DNA of 64,000 bases from positions 1,667 to 65,666 of the forward strand of contig CANQBG010000004.1 in the NCBI GenBank assembly GCA_947588985.1. Reading direction: 5' to 3'. The DNA comes from an uncultured Clostridia bacterium. GTDB taxonomy: Bacteria > Bacillota > Clostridia > Christensenellales > Borkfalkiaceae. Below, piece after piece: positions 17,005-25,066 of the stretch. A model generated the notes under the pieces. The model saw nothing but the letters and a program-made list of their open reading frames with translations, ran no database searches and had not been told where the DNA came from. The position numbers were made by a program, and so were the translations under genes. Numbering within the stretch: position 1 is the stretch's first letter; each line of letters begins with the position of its first letter.

Positions 17005-19491
17005 TTATCCGTCAAGCGGTCCATATTTCTTGATGAACTGCTCTTTCGTTATGAGTATACGGCGTCCCTTCGACCTATCGAGCGGAGAGATGTATCCCAT
17101 GCTTTCCATCCAGTCGATGATTTTCCCCGCATGGTTGTATCCAATACAGCATTTCCGCTGCACGAGGGAAATTGACGCCTCACCTTCTTGGATCACGATT
17201 GCCAGAGCCTTAATATAGAGCGGGCTTTCCGGGGACGCATCCGTGTCCTTGTCGGAAGCATTCGAGGCAGTTTTCTTGGTGGCACGCCGGATATATTGCT
17301 TGGCCCCCTCATTAAACTTTGCCTCATGCGTCTTCTTTGTTGCCGCAACGGCTGCGGCCAATGCCTCATACGGAAGATAGGCGCCCTGTATTCGTTCGCA
17401 CAGCGAAGTGAATTCGCTCCACATGAGCAGATCGCCAAACCCAAGCAGTTTTTCTGCTCCGCTTTCATTGATGAGTATACGCGAATCGTTTTCCCGGATC
17501 ACCCGAAACGCAATGCGCGTGGGGAAATTTGATTTCAACGCACCCGTAACGACATCTGGGGTCGGTCGTTGGGTAGCAAGAACGAGGTGGATTCCTGCCG
17601 CACGTGCTTTTTGCGCCAACCGTAGCACGCCCTCCCCAATGGCGCGATTTACTGCGACAAAATCCGCATATTCGTCGATGATGATGACGATGCGCGGAAG
17701 ATTTTCCTCCCCTTCTTTACGCGCCGCATGATAATCTTCGATATTCCTTATCGGATCTCCCGCAGCAATCTTGCCTTGAAAGATTTGATACCGGCGTTCC
17801 ATTTCATGGATTGCCCACGTCAGCATGCGAGCCATGGGCTCCGCGTCTGTGATGATATGCCCCGTGAGAAGGTGCGGCATCTCATCATAGTGCATAAACT
17901 CCGATTGTTTAGAGTCGCACAATATGAGCCGGACATCGTCGGGAGAGTATTTTGTTACCAAGTTGTAGATCATCGTATGGAGGAACGTGGATTTCCCGGA
18001 ACCGATTGTGCCTCCGATCAAAATGTTTTTGAGGCGTACAATGTCTCCGTAAACGGAATTCCCGTCCACATCTTTACCGATGGCGAAGTAGAGCGACTCC
18101 GGCTTGCTCCACCGTTCGTTGGCATCGTGGATCAATTCCTCCGCCGGAACCGTCTCGCGCTCGGACCGAACGCGCGGCACCTCGATGCAGATCCGTCTGC
18201 TGCCCGCGGGATCGGTATAGACCCGCACCCCTTCCCTTTGCCCAAGGCGCATGGCAAGCTCGGTGGCTCTTTTGGTTACGGCGGATGGGGAAACCGCGCT
18301 CGGAATCACAAGTGCAAAGCGCATAACCGTCGCCCCCACGGAAACATTGGCGATCCCGGAATCAATGTGGAATCCCGCCAATGTCCCGGTGATGATGTCT
18401 GCGGTTCTCGTCACTTCATCGGACAAGATCCTCTTGTCGAAAAGTTCGTCATCTACGTCCTCCTCATCGAAGGCCTCTTTTTCTTCCTTTTCGACGCCTA
18501 CGGCTTGCCCGGATTCTCTTGCGAGGAGGGTATCGCGGATTTTTGCATAATCCGCCTCCGTCATCTTGGCAAACTCCTTCACCGCCCTTGCGTAGACGAC
18601 AATGTCGTCAATGTTTTCGCCGTCCTTCACTCTCTGATAGCGTTCCCGCATGCGCAGGATCAGCTGCCCGCGATCCATCTCCGGATCGGCGGTCAACAAT
18701 TCCTTCGCGACGCCTAAAATGCTTTCATTCTCTTTGCCGGTATCCACGCACATGGCGACCTCATCCGCGTCGATCGCAACAATACGCTCTATTGCTGCAA
18801 ATAGTTGTAACATATAGGTTACGGTATTCTCGGGAGAGGGAACTTCGATCCAAAGCTCGTCCTCGACAATGCTGATCTGATAGCGATCCGCAATCGAGTG
18901 GATTCGTTCTGAGATTCCCTCCGCGTCAAGCGGCGTGTGCATCTTGAGAAAGCGAAGCGCGATTGCATCGTCCGAAAGATAGACATCGTCATCCCGGATC
19001 ACAATCTTGAACCGGATCGTCCTTCCGCGGATATTTAGCCCTTCGGGGGCGAGATAATGTTCGCCGTTTATTTGGATAATCGAAACGCCTTCGTCCAACT
19101 CATGGGTGATGGCATAAACTTCCGGCGGAGTATCGTCGCCCGATTCCTTGTCGTCCGATTCGTCGTCATCCGATTCCTCGTCGTCCTCCAAAGTTTCCTT
19201 CTCACATTCCTCACGCATTCTCCGAAGGATCTCCCGCCTGCGCGCCTCTAAAGACGCGCGTCTTGATCTCAGATCATACAACTCGTCGAATCTCCCGGCT
19301 TCCCTTTTTCTGTCTGTCTGTAAGACGAAATATTGAATGCCCGAATCCAAACGGAGCACCCCGTCCTCCACACATTTTTCGATTAGTTTGGAGATGCTAC
19401 GATAATCGGCAGAAAATCTTTTCTGCAATTCCGGGATCGAAACCTTCTGCTGCGCCTTAATATAATTGAGTATTTCTTGATCGTTTGCCAT
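17005..19491 (-). CDS. FtsK/SpoIIIE-family DNA translocase, soluble (no TM region), with wHTH domains at both ends
   Basis: Trimmed to MANDQEIL (AAGGAG RBS). Walker A GGTIGSGKST, Walker B IVIIIDEYADF, and ATQRPTPDVVTG. The C-terminal gamma-like wHTH reads ISLVQRKCCIGYNHAGKIIDWMESMGYI. An N-terminal wHTH is followed by an acidic stretch. I see no hydrophobic helices. Confidence 0.85.
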   Translation of the reverse strand: MANDQEILNYIKAQQKVSIPELQKRFSADYRSISKLIEKCVEDGVLRLDSGIQYFVLQTDRKREAGRFDELYDLRSRRASLEARRREILRRMREECEKETLEDDEESDDDESDDKESGDDTPPEVYAITHELDEGVSIIQINGEHYLAPEGLNIRGRTIRFKIVIRDDDVYLSDDAIALRFLKMHTPLDAEGISERIHSIADRYQISIVEDELWIEVPSPENTVTYMLQLFAAIERIVAIDADEVAMCVDTGKENESILGVAKELLTADPEMDRGQLILRMRERYQRVKDGENIDDIVVYARAVKEFAKMTEADYAKIRDTLLARESGQAVGVEKEEKEAFDEEDVDDELFDKRILSDEVTRTADIITGTLAGFHIDSGIANVSVGATVMRFALVIPSAVSPSAVTKRATELAMRLGQREGVRVYTDPAGSRRICIEVPRVRSERETVPAEELIHDANERWSKPESLYFAIGKDVDGNSVYGDIVRLKNILIGGTIGSGKSTFLHTMIYNLVTKYSPDDVRLILCDSKQSEFMHYDEMPHLLTGHIITDAEPMARMLTWAIHEMERRYQIFQGKIAAGDPIRNIEDYHAARKEGEENLPRIVIIIDEYADFVAVNRAIGEGVLRLAQKARAAGIHLVLATQRPTPDVVTGALKSNFPTRIAFRVIRENDSRILINESGAEKLLGFGDLLMWSEFTSLCERIQGAYLPYEALAAAVAATKKTHEAKFNEGAKQYIRRATKKTASNASDKDTDASPESPLYIKALAIVIQEGEASISLVQRKCCIGYNHAGKIIDWMESMGYISPLDRSKGRRILITKEQFIKKYGPLDG

Positions 19492-19501
19492 ATTTTTCTC
19501 C

Positions 19502-21214
19502 TTAATCGTCAAAGAAACTTCGTCTGCCGCTTTGCATGGAATCTTTCATATCTAACCGGAAGGTGTATTTTGCGTCGAACGGGTTGGCCTTGCCGACATA
19601 CTGTTTCTCGTCAGAAAGCGACATATCCGTGAATTCTTTGCAGAGATAGTACCGCTCCAGCTTGGAGAAAAGCACATACCCGCAATTCGCTTCCGTAACA
19701 ATGCACTCTCCGGGCGAGAAATGCGCAAGCATACTTTTGGGAATCAGCGGGATCGTCTCAAATTGATAGTTATCCATTTCCGGCTCCTTCCCGTTCAAAG
19801 CCGACGCGGGCGCAAGTCGTGTATATTGACCGCACTCCTTCGAGAATTCCTCAAGCGTTTGAGGATTATTTGAGCCGAAAAAGATGTGCATATTGAGGTT
19901 ATCCCGGATAATGGCGGCGACGGCGTCTCCATACACACTGTTGAGCTGCGCATACGACTGCACGATGAGGATGAAGAAGATATTGCGCCCCGCACAGGCG
20001 GAGATCGTCGTTTCGAAGTCTTTCATGGGCGGGAAATTGCCGAACTCATCGAGGATGAAATAGAAGGGAACTTTGCGCTTCCCGTCCGGCTCGCTGTTGG
20101 CATGTTCGATGAGAAGCCGATAGGCGTCCTGAATAAACAGACTGATAACCTTAAAATGGACTTTGAGCTCATCGCGGTAGTCGATAAAGAGCGCAACGGG
20201 CTTTTTCCCCGTGAGAACGCCCATATCGAAGGAGTTGCAACTCGTGACAAGGCGCATCGCGCTCTCGCGGAAGATGGACATCTGCGTACTAAATACGCTC
20301 GTGATACATTGCCGCGTTGTTCGAGCTTCTTCCGGAATGGTCGCTTTTTCGATTTGATAGGCGCGAGAAGTCTTGGGGCGGTTAGTAAAGTATCCCCCGT
20401 CAAAATCATGATCAGACTTGTTCAAAAGCCCCATGAGCGTGATGATCGTCGCGAAGGAGTAGGTCTCTTCCGTGATCTGTGTCCTCCCAGAATCGCCCAA
20501 AAGCTCAGGGCGGCTGTCCTCTAACATCGCCCACAGAAAGGCTTTGAGAAGTTCGCGGCCGCTGTCCTCCCAATACGGATCGTTTGCTTTACTCGTGGGC
20601 GCGATCATAATCGCGAGACTATCGATATCGTTCCCAACTTCCTCCATCATGAGGTTTTCCCATCGTCTGAGTTCTTCATCCAATTCGGCTTGGCTCTCAT
20701 AGATCTTTCCGTGCAGACGGTTACGGGGACCATTTTCCGTATCTACGACCTCGATCTCATTGTAGATATTGAAAATCGAATGATATTTCCGGTAGATGGG
20801 CGTCAGCGGATTCCAACACTCGGAATGCTTGTAGTCGCGGAAGTTGAGAAAGAGGAGCTCATAGCCCTCCGCACGGAGCGTCGAGGCGGTGTGGCGGTAG
20901 ATCTCCCCCTTGGGATCGGAGATGATCATGCTCTTCTTATTCTTCGCCCGTGCAAAAGACAGCACCGTCGGGACGACATAGGATGTCGTCTTGCCGAGCC
21001 GCGTCGCTGCGATGACGCCGACATGATTCTCCTTCTCCGAATAGGTTTGCAGAAGCCGTCCGTTTACATAGCGGCATGCCTTCAAGACGCCCGTCACTTC
21101 ATGTTCGGGAAGTTCGTCATACCAAAAGCTGTTGGAAAACGATTCTCCGAGTTCGTCATAGTGGTAATATTTGGTGTTTTCGTACCCATTCAAAAGTTCA
21201 TTCGTGGTCGTCAT
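19502..21214 (-). CDS. VirD4/TraG-like (type IV coupling protein family) ATPase, soluble
   Basis: Trimmed to MTTTNELL (GGAGGGAG RBS). Overlaps the upstream gene by 17 nt. Walker A AATRLGKTTS and Walker B FYFILDEFGNF, the latter typical of the TraG/VirD4 family. No N-terminal TM helices. Confidence 0.75.
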   Translation of the reverse strand: MTTTNELLNGYENTKYYHYDELGESFSNSFWYDELPEHEVTGVLKACRYVNGRLLQTYSEKENHVGVIAATRLGKTTSYVVPTVLSFARAKNKKSMIISDPKGEIYRHTASTLRAEGYELLFLNFRDYKHSECWNPLTPIYRKYHSIFNIYNEIEVVDTENGPRNRLHGKIYESQAELDEELRRWENLMMEEVGNDIDSLAIMIAPTSKANDPYWEDSGRELLKAFLWAMLEDSRPELLGDSGRTQITEETYSFATIITLMGLLNKSDHDFDGGYFTNRPKTSRAYQIEKATIPEEARTTRQCITSVFSTQMSIFRESAMRLVTSCNSFDMGVLTGKKPVALFIDYRDELKVHFKVISLFIQDAYRLLIEHANSEPDGKRKVPFYFILDEFGNFPPMKDFETTISACAGRNIFFILIVQSYAQLNSVYGDAVAAIIRDNLNMHIFFGSNNPQTLEEFSKECGQYTRLAPASALNGKEPEMDNYQFETIPLIPKSMLAHFSPGECIVTEANCGYVLFSKLERYYLCKEFTDMSLSDEKQYVGKANPFDAKYTFRLDMKDSMQSGRRSFFDD

Positions 21215-22817
21215 GAATACTCCCTCCAAAGCCAAATGCTTTCTTCCGCGCGCCGACGCTGCCGATATAAGGACGCACCAACGATTCTGTAAGAAGAAGC
21301 TTCTCCAGACGATGTTCGCGCACGGCGGCATCGATCGCTCTATCGATCTCATCGATGCTATATCCGGAAAGTTTCTCGGCAAGCCCTTCCTGCATCGCAA
21401 GCTCTTGCACCCCATAGGCGATCCCCTTCTCGCGTACCACACGTTCCGTAAATTGCCGCTTTTCCTCCATGGTCAGCTCCGAAATGCGCACCATATCGCA
21501 ATAGGGCTTTAATTTCTTGGCATTCTCTCTGTCGCAGAAGCAGATCGGAAGCACGGACGAAAGATCAAGCGACACGCTCGGATGATTCAGACGGTATTTC
21601 CCGCGCTTATCGCTCTGTAGGAAGTTCTTCGCCATATCAAACGCCCTTTCGGAGATTTCCCCGCGAAACGTGAGCAGATACAGGTTGAATGCGTCCTCAT
21701 CGCAACCGCGCACGAAGATGTTGTTTTTCGTGGGTTCGAAGTCGTATTCTACAAGGTCGCCTATCTCGACCCGCTCCATATGAGACGCCTCGAAACACCG
21801 CATGAGCAATCCGGCATAGTAGTCGAGCATATATTTACTGTCCGAAACAAAGCAGAGCGGGCGATAGGTAGCCATCGTTCTCAAGTCGATATTTTCGAGC
21901 GCGCAAAGGATCTTTTCGCCCTCTTCGGGATGGTCGGGGCGAACCCCGTCAAGCGCCTTTGCATGGAATTCCGCCGTACCATGTCCGAGTTTGAGGGGCA
22001 ACGAACTCGCTTCGGCAAAGAGTTCCGCATTCGGCGTGAGAAGAAGCGTTTCCTTGTCGCGCTCGCTGAGGATCTCCGAATAGACGAGCCGCGCATAGGA
22101 CTTATTGTAGACGTCCCGCTTGATGATCCCCTGCCGAAACGCCTTTTCAAGAAGTCGATACTCCCCATGCCGCCCCTTTACATACGAGCCATACTTCTCC
22201 CGCACCCGTTCGAACACTTCGGCATGTCCGATGCGGACAAGGCAATCTTGCAGACATTCGAGATACTTTTCCCGATTGTCAGGGTCATAATACAGAGCCG
22301 CAAGCAGACCTTCCTCGCTGTTCCATTCCGCCGCACAGAGAATTTTCTTGCGTCCGCTTCCCTCGTCCTTGTGAAAAACAATGCCCTCCGACTGCAAGAT
22401 ACCAAGCGCGTTGAGCGCAATCACAAGTCCGTTTTCTACGGCAAGCGTCAGATTTTCACAAGCGACGGAGCGCACATCCTTCCCATCGCACGCGAGATGA
22501 AAGTTTTGCGCCAACGTAAACGCTGTCCCCTTCAAATCGATGATCTCTTCGCACTCGGGATCTCTGCCGTGCAAACGGTCATTCATGGAAAGATACTGCT
22601 TTATGCGGAGATGTTGGTTATATTTGAATACGCTCTGAATTTGCACGACTTCTTGCGTTTGCGACAACGCAAAGATGTGTTCCGCCTCCTCCTGCGGCAA
22701 GAGAAAGATATTGGCATAGGCGAAGAAAAGCGGCCGCTTGTCCGCACAGAAACGCCCAACGGTGTTCTCCGCAATATAATAATTTTTCAACATGGTTTCC
22801 GTTAGATGGTCAAACAT
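21198..22817 (-). CDS. hypothetical protein with Sel1-like repeat region and a C-terminal degenerate AAA+-like domain (tentative)
   Basis: 539 aa. LNALGILQSEGIVFHKDEGSGRKKILCAAEWNSEEGLLAALYY resembles Sel1 repeats. The C-terminus (LSGYSIDEIDRAIDAAV) resembles an AAA+ lid, but I find no Walker A GKT. Start overlaps the ClpP stop by 8 nt. Confidence 0.45.
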   Translation of the reverse strand: MFDHLTETMLKNYYIAENTVGRFCADKRPLFFAYANIFLLPQEEAEHIFALSQTQEVVQIQSVFKYNQHLRIKQYLSMNDRLHGRDPECEEIIDLKGTAFTLAQNFHLACDGKDVRSVACENLTLAVENGLVIALNALGILQSEGIVFHKDEGSGRKKILCAAEWNSEEGLLAALYYDPDNREKYLECLQDCLVRIGHAEVFERVREKYGSYVKGRHGEYRLLEKAFRQGIIKRDVYNKSYARLVYSEILSERDKETLLLTPNAELFAEASSLPLKLGHGTAEFHAKALDGVRPDHPEEGEKILCALENIDLRTMATYRPLCFVSDSKYMLDYYAGLLMRCFEASHMERVEIGDLVEYDFEPTKNNIFVRGCDEDAFNLYLLTFRGEISERAFDMAKNFLQSDKRGKYRLNHPSVSLDLSSVLPICFCDRENAKKLKPYCDMVRISELTMEEKRQFTERVVREKGIAYGVQELAMQEGLAEKLSGYSIDEIDRAIDAAVREHRLEKLLLTESLVRPYIGSVGARKKAFGFGGSIHDDHE

Positions 22818-23409
22818 GGTGACTTCCTCCTTTCGCTTTGTTTGCGCCCGGGATCACATGGTCGATGAGGCCGTATTCCTTCGCGGCGGCAGCACTCATG
22901 ATGGTGTCGCGGTCGGTGTCCTTTTGAATCTTCCGGACGGGTTGATTCGTATTCTCGGCCATGATTTTGTTGAGCCTTGCGCGGATACGCTCGATATGAT
23001 TGGCCGCAATGATGATATCCGACGCCTGCCCGCTCGCCCCGCCGAGGGGCTGGTGGATGAGGATCTCACAGTTCTCCGTAGCCCTGCGCATCCCGCGCGT
23101 CCCCGATGAAAGCAGGAACGCCGCCATACTTGCGCACATCCCCAGCCCTACCGTCGCGATCTTTGCGTCGATGTAGTTCATTGTATCATAGATGGCCAGC
23201 CCGTCCGAGACGCTTCCTCCGGGGCTGTCGATCTGAATGGTGATGATGCGCTCCTCCATCGGTACTTCATCCGTGCGGAATTTGTCGTCGAGATATTGGA
23301 GCTGGCTGATAACGCGCTCCGCCGTCTCCGCCGTGATCGGTTCAAAAATATTGATGGTATTCCGCTTCAGACTGTATTGCCATGAAAATTCTTCCTTTTG
23401 GTCTATCAT
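22810..23409 (-). CDS. ClpP-family serine protease (paralogue encoded in the island)
   Basis: Trimmed to MIDQKEEF (AAGGAG RBS). IDSPGGSVSDGLAIYDTM, GMCASMAAFLL (Ser), IHQPLGG (His) and DTDRD (Asp) are closely similar to canonical ClpP. Confidence 0.88.
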   Translation of the reverse strand: MIDQKEEFSWQYSLKRNTINIFEPITAETAERVISQLQYLDDKFRTDEVPMEERIITIQIDSPGGSVSDGLAIYDTMNYIDAKIATVGLGMCASMAAFLLSSGTRGMRRATENCEILIHQPLGGASGQASDIIIAANHIERIRARLNKIMAENTNQPVRKIQKDTDRDTIMSAAAAKEYGLIDHVIPGANKAKGGSHHV

Positions 23410-23504
23410 GTTTTTCTCCTTACGAATTAGTTTCGGTTGAAAATCTACAACTCGGTGCGGCTTGGGATCCATCGTTCCCATATAATCCAATGTTCTTTGA
23501 TATA

Positions 23505-23533
23505 ATTATACACGATTTCGTCAATCGTGTCAT
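23505..23533 (-). promoter_or_regulatory. putative promoter of the ClpP-to-DUF1292 operon
   Basis: On the minus strand: ATGACA, a 17-nt spacer ending in TG, then TATAAT (extended -10), about 95 nt upstream of the ClpP ATG. Confidence 0.45.
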
Positions 23534-23617
23534 AACTGCATCTCGCTGAAATTTACAAGTATTCCATCCGTTTTGAATAGATTGTTGCAAAAAATACAAG
23601 ATTTCCGCTTTATATGG

Positions 23618-23650
23618 CAAAAAAGAATCTTGTATTCGCTACAAGATTCT
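23618..23650 (-). terminator. rho-independent terminator after the HTH gene
   Basis: Perfect 11-bp stem AGAATCTTGTA / TACAAGATTCT with loop GCGAA (minus strand), followed by TTTTTTG. Lies 30 nt downstream of the stop at 23681. Confidence 0.7.
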
Positions 23651-23680
23651 ACAAAACCGATTTTTATTGATTGAGCAATA

Positions 23681-24088
23681 TCAATTATGAACTACTACGA
23701 TATCGTCTAATTTCACATGGGCAATTTGACAATAAAAAAGTAAGTTCTCAATGCTAATGTGTGAACGCGCCTTTTCCCAGTTGTTGATTACATTTGAGGA
23801 CACGCCGAAAACCTCTGCAAGCTCCGGACAACTAATACTGTTGTCCATGTCCCTGAAAGTACAGGTTTCGCAATCTCCGGTTATATTTGTACATTTTATG
23901 GTATCCTTTCGAAGCATGCTACAGACATATCGCCTGAGATATTCATTGTTGCGCCGCAAATTGAATAATTTATTTCCGGTAGCTTCCCAATCTACAAATT
24001 GCCGAACGATCCTCATGTATGCCATTATATCATCATTTGCATGAATGCACAACTGTTTTTGAATAAAATGAAAATCTTTTTTGTGCAC
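23681..24088 (-). CDS. XRE-type helix-turn-helix protein
   Basis: C-terminal HTH ISCPELAEVFGVSSNVINNWEKARSHISIENLLFYCQI. AT-rich like the island. Forms its own transcription unit. Confidence 0.7.
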   Translation of the reverse strand: MHKKDFHFIQKQLCIHANDDIMAYMRIVRQFVDWEATGNKLFNLRRNNEYLRRYVCSMLRKDTIKCTNITGDCETCTFRDMDNSISCPELAEVFGVSSNVINNWEKARSHISIENLLFYCQIAHVKLDDIVVVHN

Positions 24089-24245
24089 GATCCTTCTCTT
24101 CCAAACTCCACAGAGTTTGTTGGGACCAAACTGCTACGCTTCGTCGGACAATCCCTTATATAATAAGCGATTTGACTAACCGCCAAACCGCTTAATTCTG
24201 TATCTCTATGGAAATCACCCGTGAGGGGGAGGGGATATGGAACGC

Positions 24246-24719
24246 TCAGGAGTTGCAGGGGCAGGTGGCCGTTTGGCTGAAGGGGCCGAGCGCGTATTGT
24301 TGGGCGTAGTACGCGTCGTAACAACGGTTGCAGCAGCCAGTGTAGCCGGAGAGATCGCCGGTCCCGCCGCAACCGCAGCCGCAGCTTCCGTTGTTATTTC
24401 CGCAACCGCAGCCGGTGCCGTTGGTGTTGCCGATGGTGCTGACGCCGTTATTGCCGCAGCCGCAACCCGTGTTACCGTTATTGCCGCAGCCGCAGCCGGT
24501 GTTGCCGTTATTGCCGGTGTTGCCGAGGGCATAGATTTGGTTGGCCGCGTTTACGCCGTCTACGAAGCCGTTTGTGAAGGCGACGGGGTTGTTGCGTTGG
24601 CAGCTGCTGCAGTAAGGCGCGGGGGAGAAGAGATTATTGATTGCATTTGCAAAACTATTCATGAGGCAACAGCCGGGATTGTTGCTTTGGCCGTTGCACG
24701 AATTGCAGGAATTGCTCAT
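24246..24719 (-). CDS. Cys/Gly/Asn-rich repeat protein (unknown function)
   Basis: Trimmed to MSNSCNSCNG (GGAGG 6 nt upstream). 157 aa with about 20 Cys and repeated GNTGCGCGNNG units. No signal peptide. Confidence 0.65.
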   Translation of the reverse strand: MSNSCNSCNGQSNNPGCCLMNSFANAINNLFSPAPYCSSCQRNNPVAFTNGFVDGVNAANQIYALGNTGNNGNTGCGCGNNGNTGCGCGNNGVSTIGNTNGTGCGCGNNNGSCGCGCGGTGDLSGYTGCCNRCYDAYYAQQYALGPFSQTATCPCNS

Positions 24720-24942
24720 ATTGACCTCCGTATGTCGTCGGCTCATGCCGACATTCCATTCTATGCGCCCGCGCCGAAAGGTGTTCCTCTCCCCCATTTT
24801 GGCGATTAAGAGCGAAAAGCCCCATACCATGTCCGCGATGGAGGGTGCGCGCGCGGTTTTTCGGCAAAAGAAAGCGCGGGCGGGGCGCATAAAAGGAGCG
24901 CGAGCGGGGCATACTTCTCCCATCAACCTTGCGAGGTGCGCC

Positions 24943-25017
24943 ATGGCAAAACAGAAGGTCAAAAAGCTGACGGAGGCGGAGTATGAAGCCTACCTCCGCA
25001 AACTGCTTGGAAAATGA
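24943..25017 (+). CDS. possible 24-aa small protein
   Basis: MAKQKVKKLTEAEYEAYLRKLLGK, with GAGGTG 6 nt upstream. The stop abuts a strong terminator hairpin. Too short to validate. Confidence 0.25.
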   Translation: MAKQKVKKLTEAEYEAYLRKLLGK

Positions 25018-25044
25018 AAAATCGGAGCGAAAGCTCCGATTTTT
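25017..25044. terminator. bidirectional rho-independent terminator
   Basis: AAAAATCGGAGC, loop GAAA, GCTCCGATTTTT: a perfect 12-bp stem with A/T runs on both sides. It sits between the convergent small ORF and the ABC fusion gene. Confidence 0.8.
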
Positions 25045-25066
25045 CGTATGTTCGTTATGCGCGATC

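Noticed and set aside
19502-21442. 76-codon N-terminal extension of the VirD4-like ORF, and similar long upstream extensions of other ORFs (30314..31501, 31453..32490, 50637..52436, 57361..58386, 60394..62028)
   Set aside because: The extensions are Arg/Ser/Pro-rich and overlap the preceding gene. Internal Met or GTG codons with GGAGG-type RBSs coincide with the canonical family N-termini.
4708-24088. Island interpreted as an ICE, a prophage or a type IV/VII secretion locus
   Set aside because: The FtsK- and VirD4-like genes suggested conjugation, and ClpP suggested a prohead protease. I find no integrase, relaxase, VirB4, pilin, portal, capsid, terminase or EssB/EsxA-like genes. The ClpP copy also looks like a true ClpP rather than a phage head protease. 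A decayed element cannot be excluded without searches.
24215-24962. Ala/Thr-rich ORFs and the 238-aa extended ORF over the Cys-rich gene
   Set aside because: Only the internal start at 24719 has a GGAGG RBS. The upstream extension and the other frames (AAAAITATPAA...) are repeat- and GC-driven artefacts.
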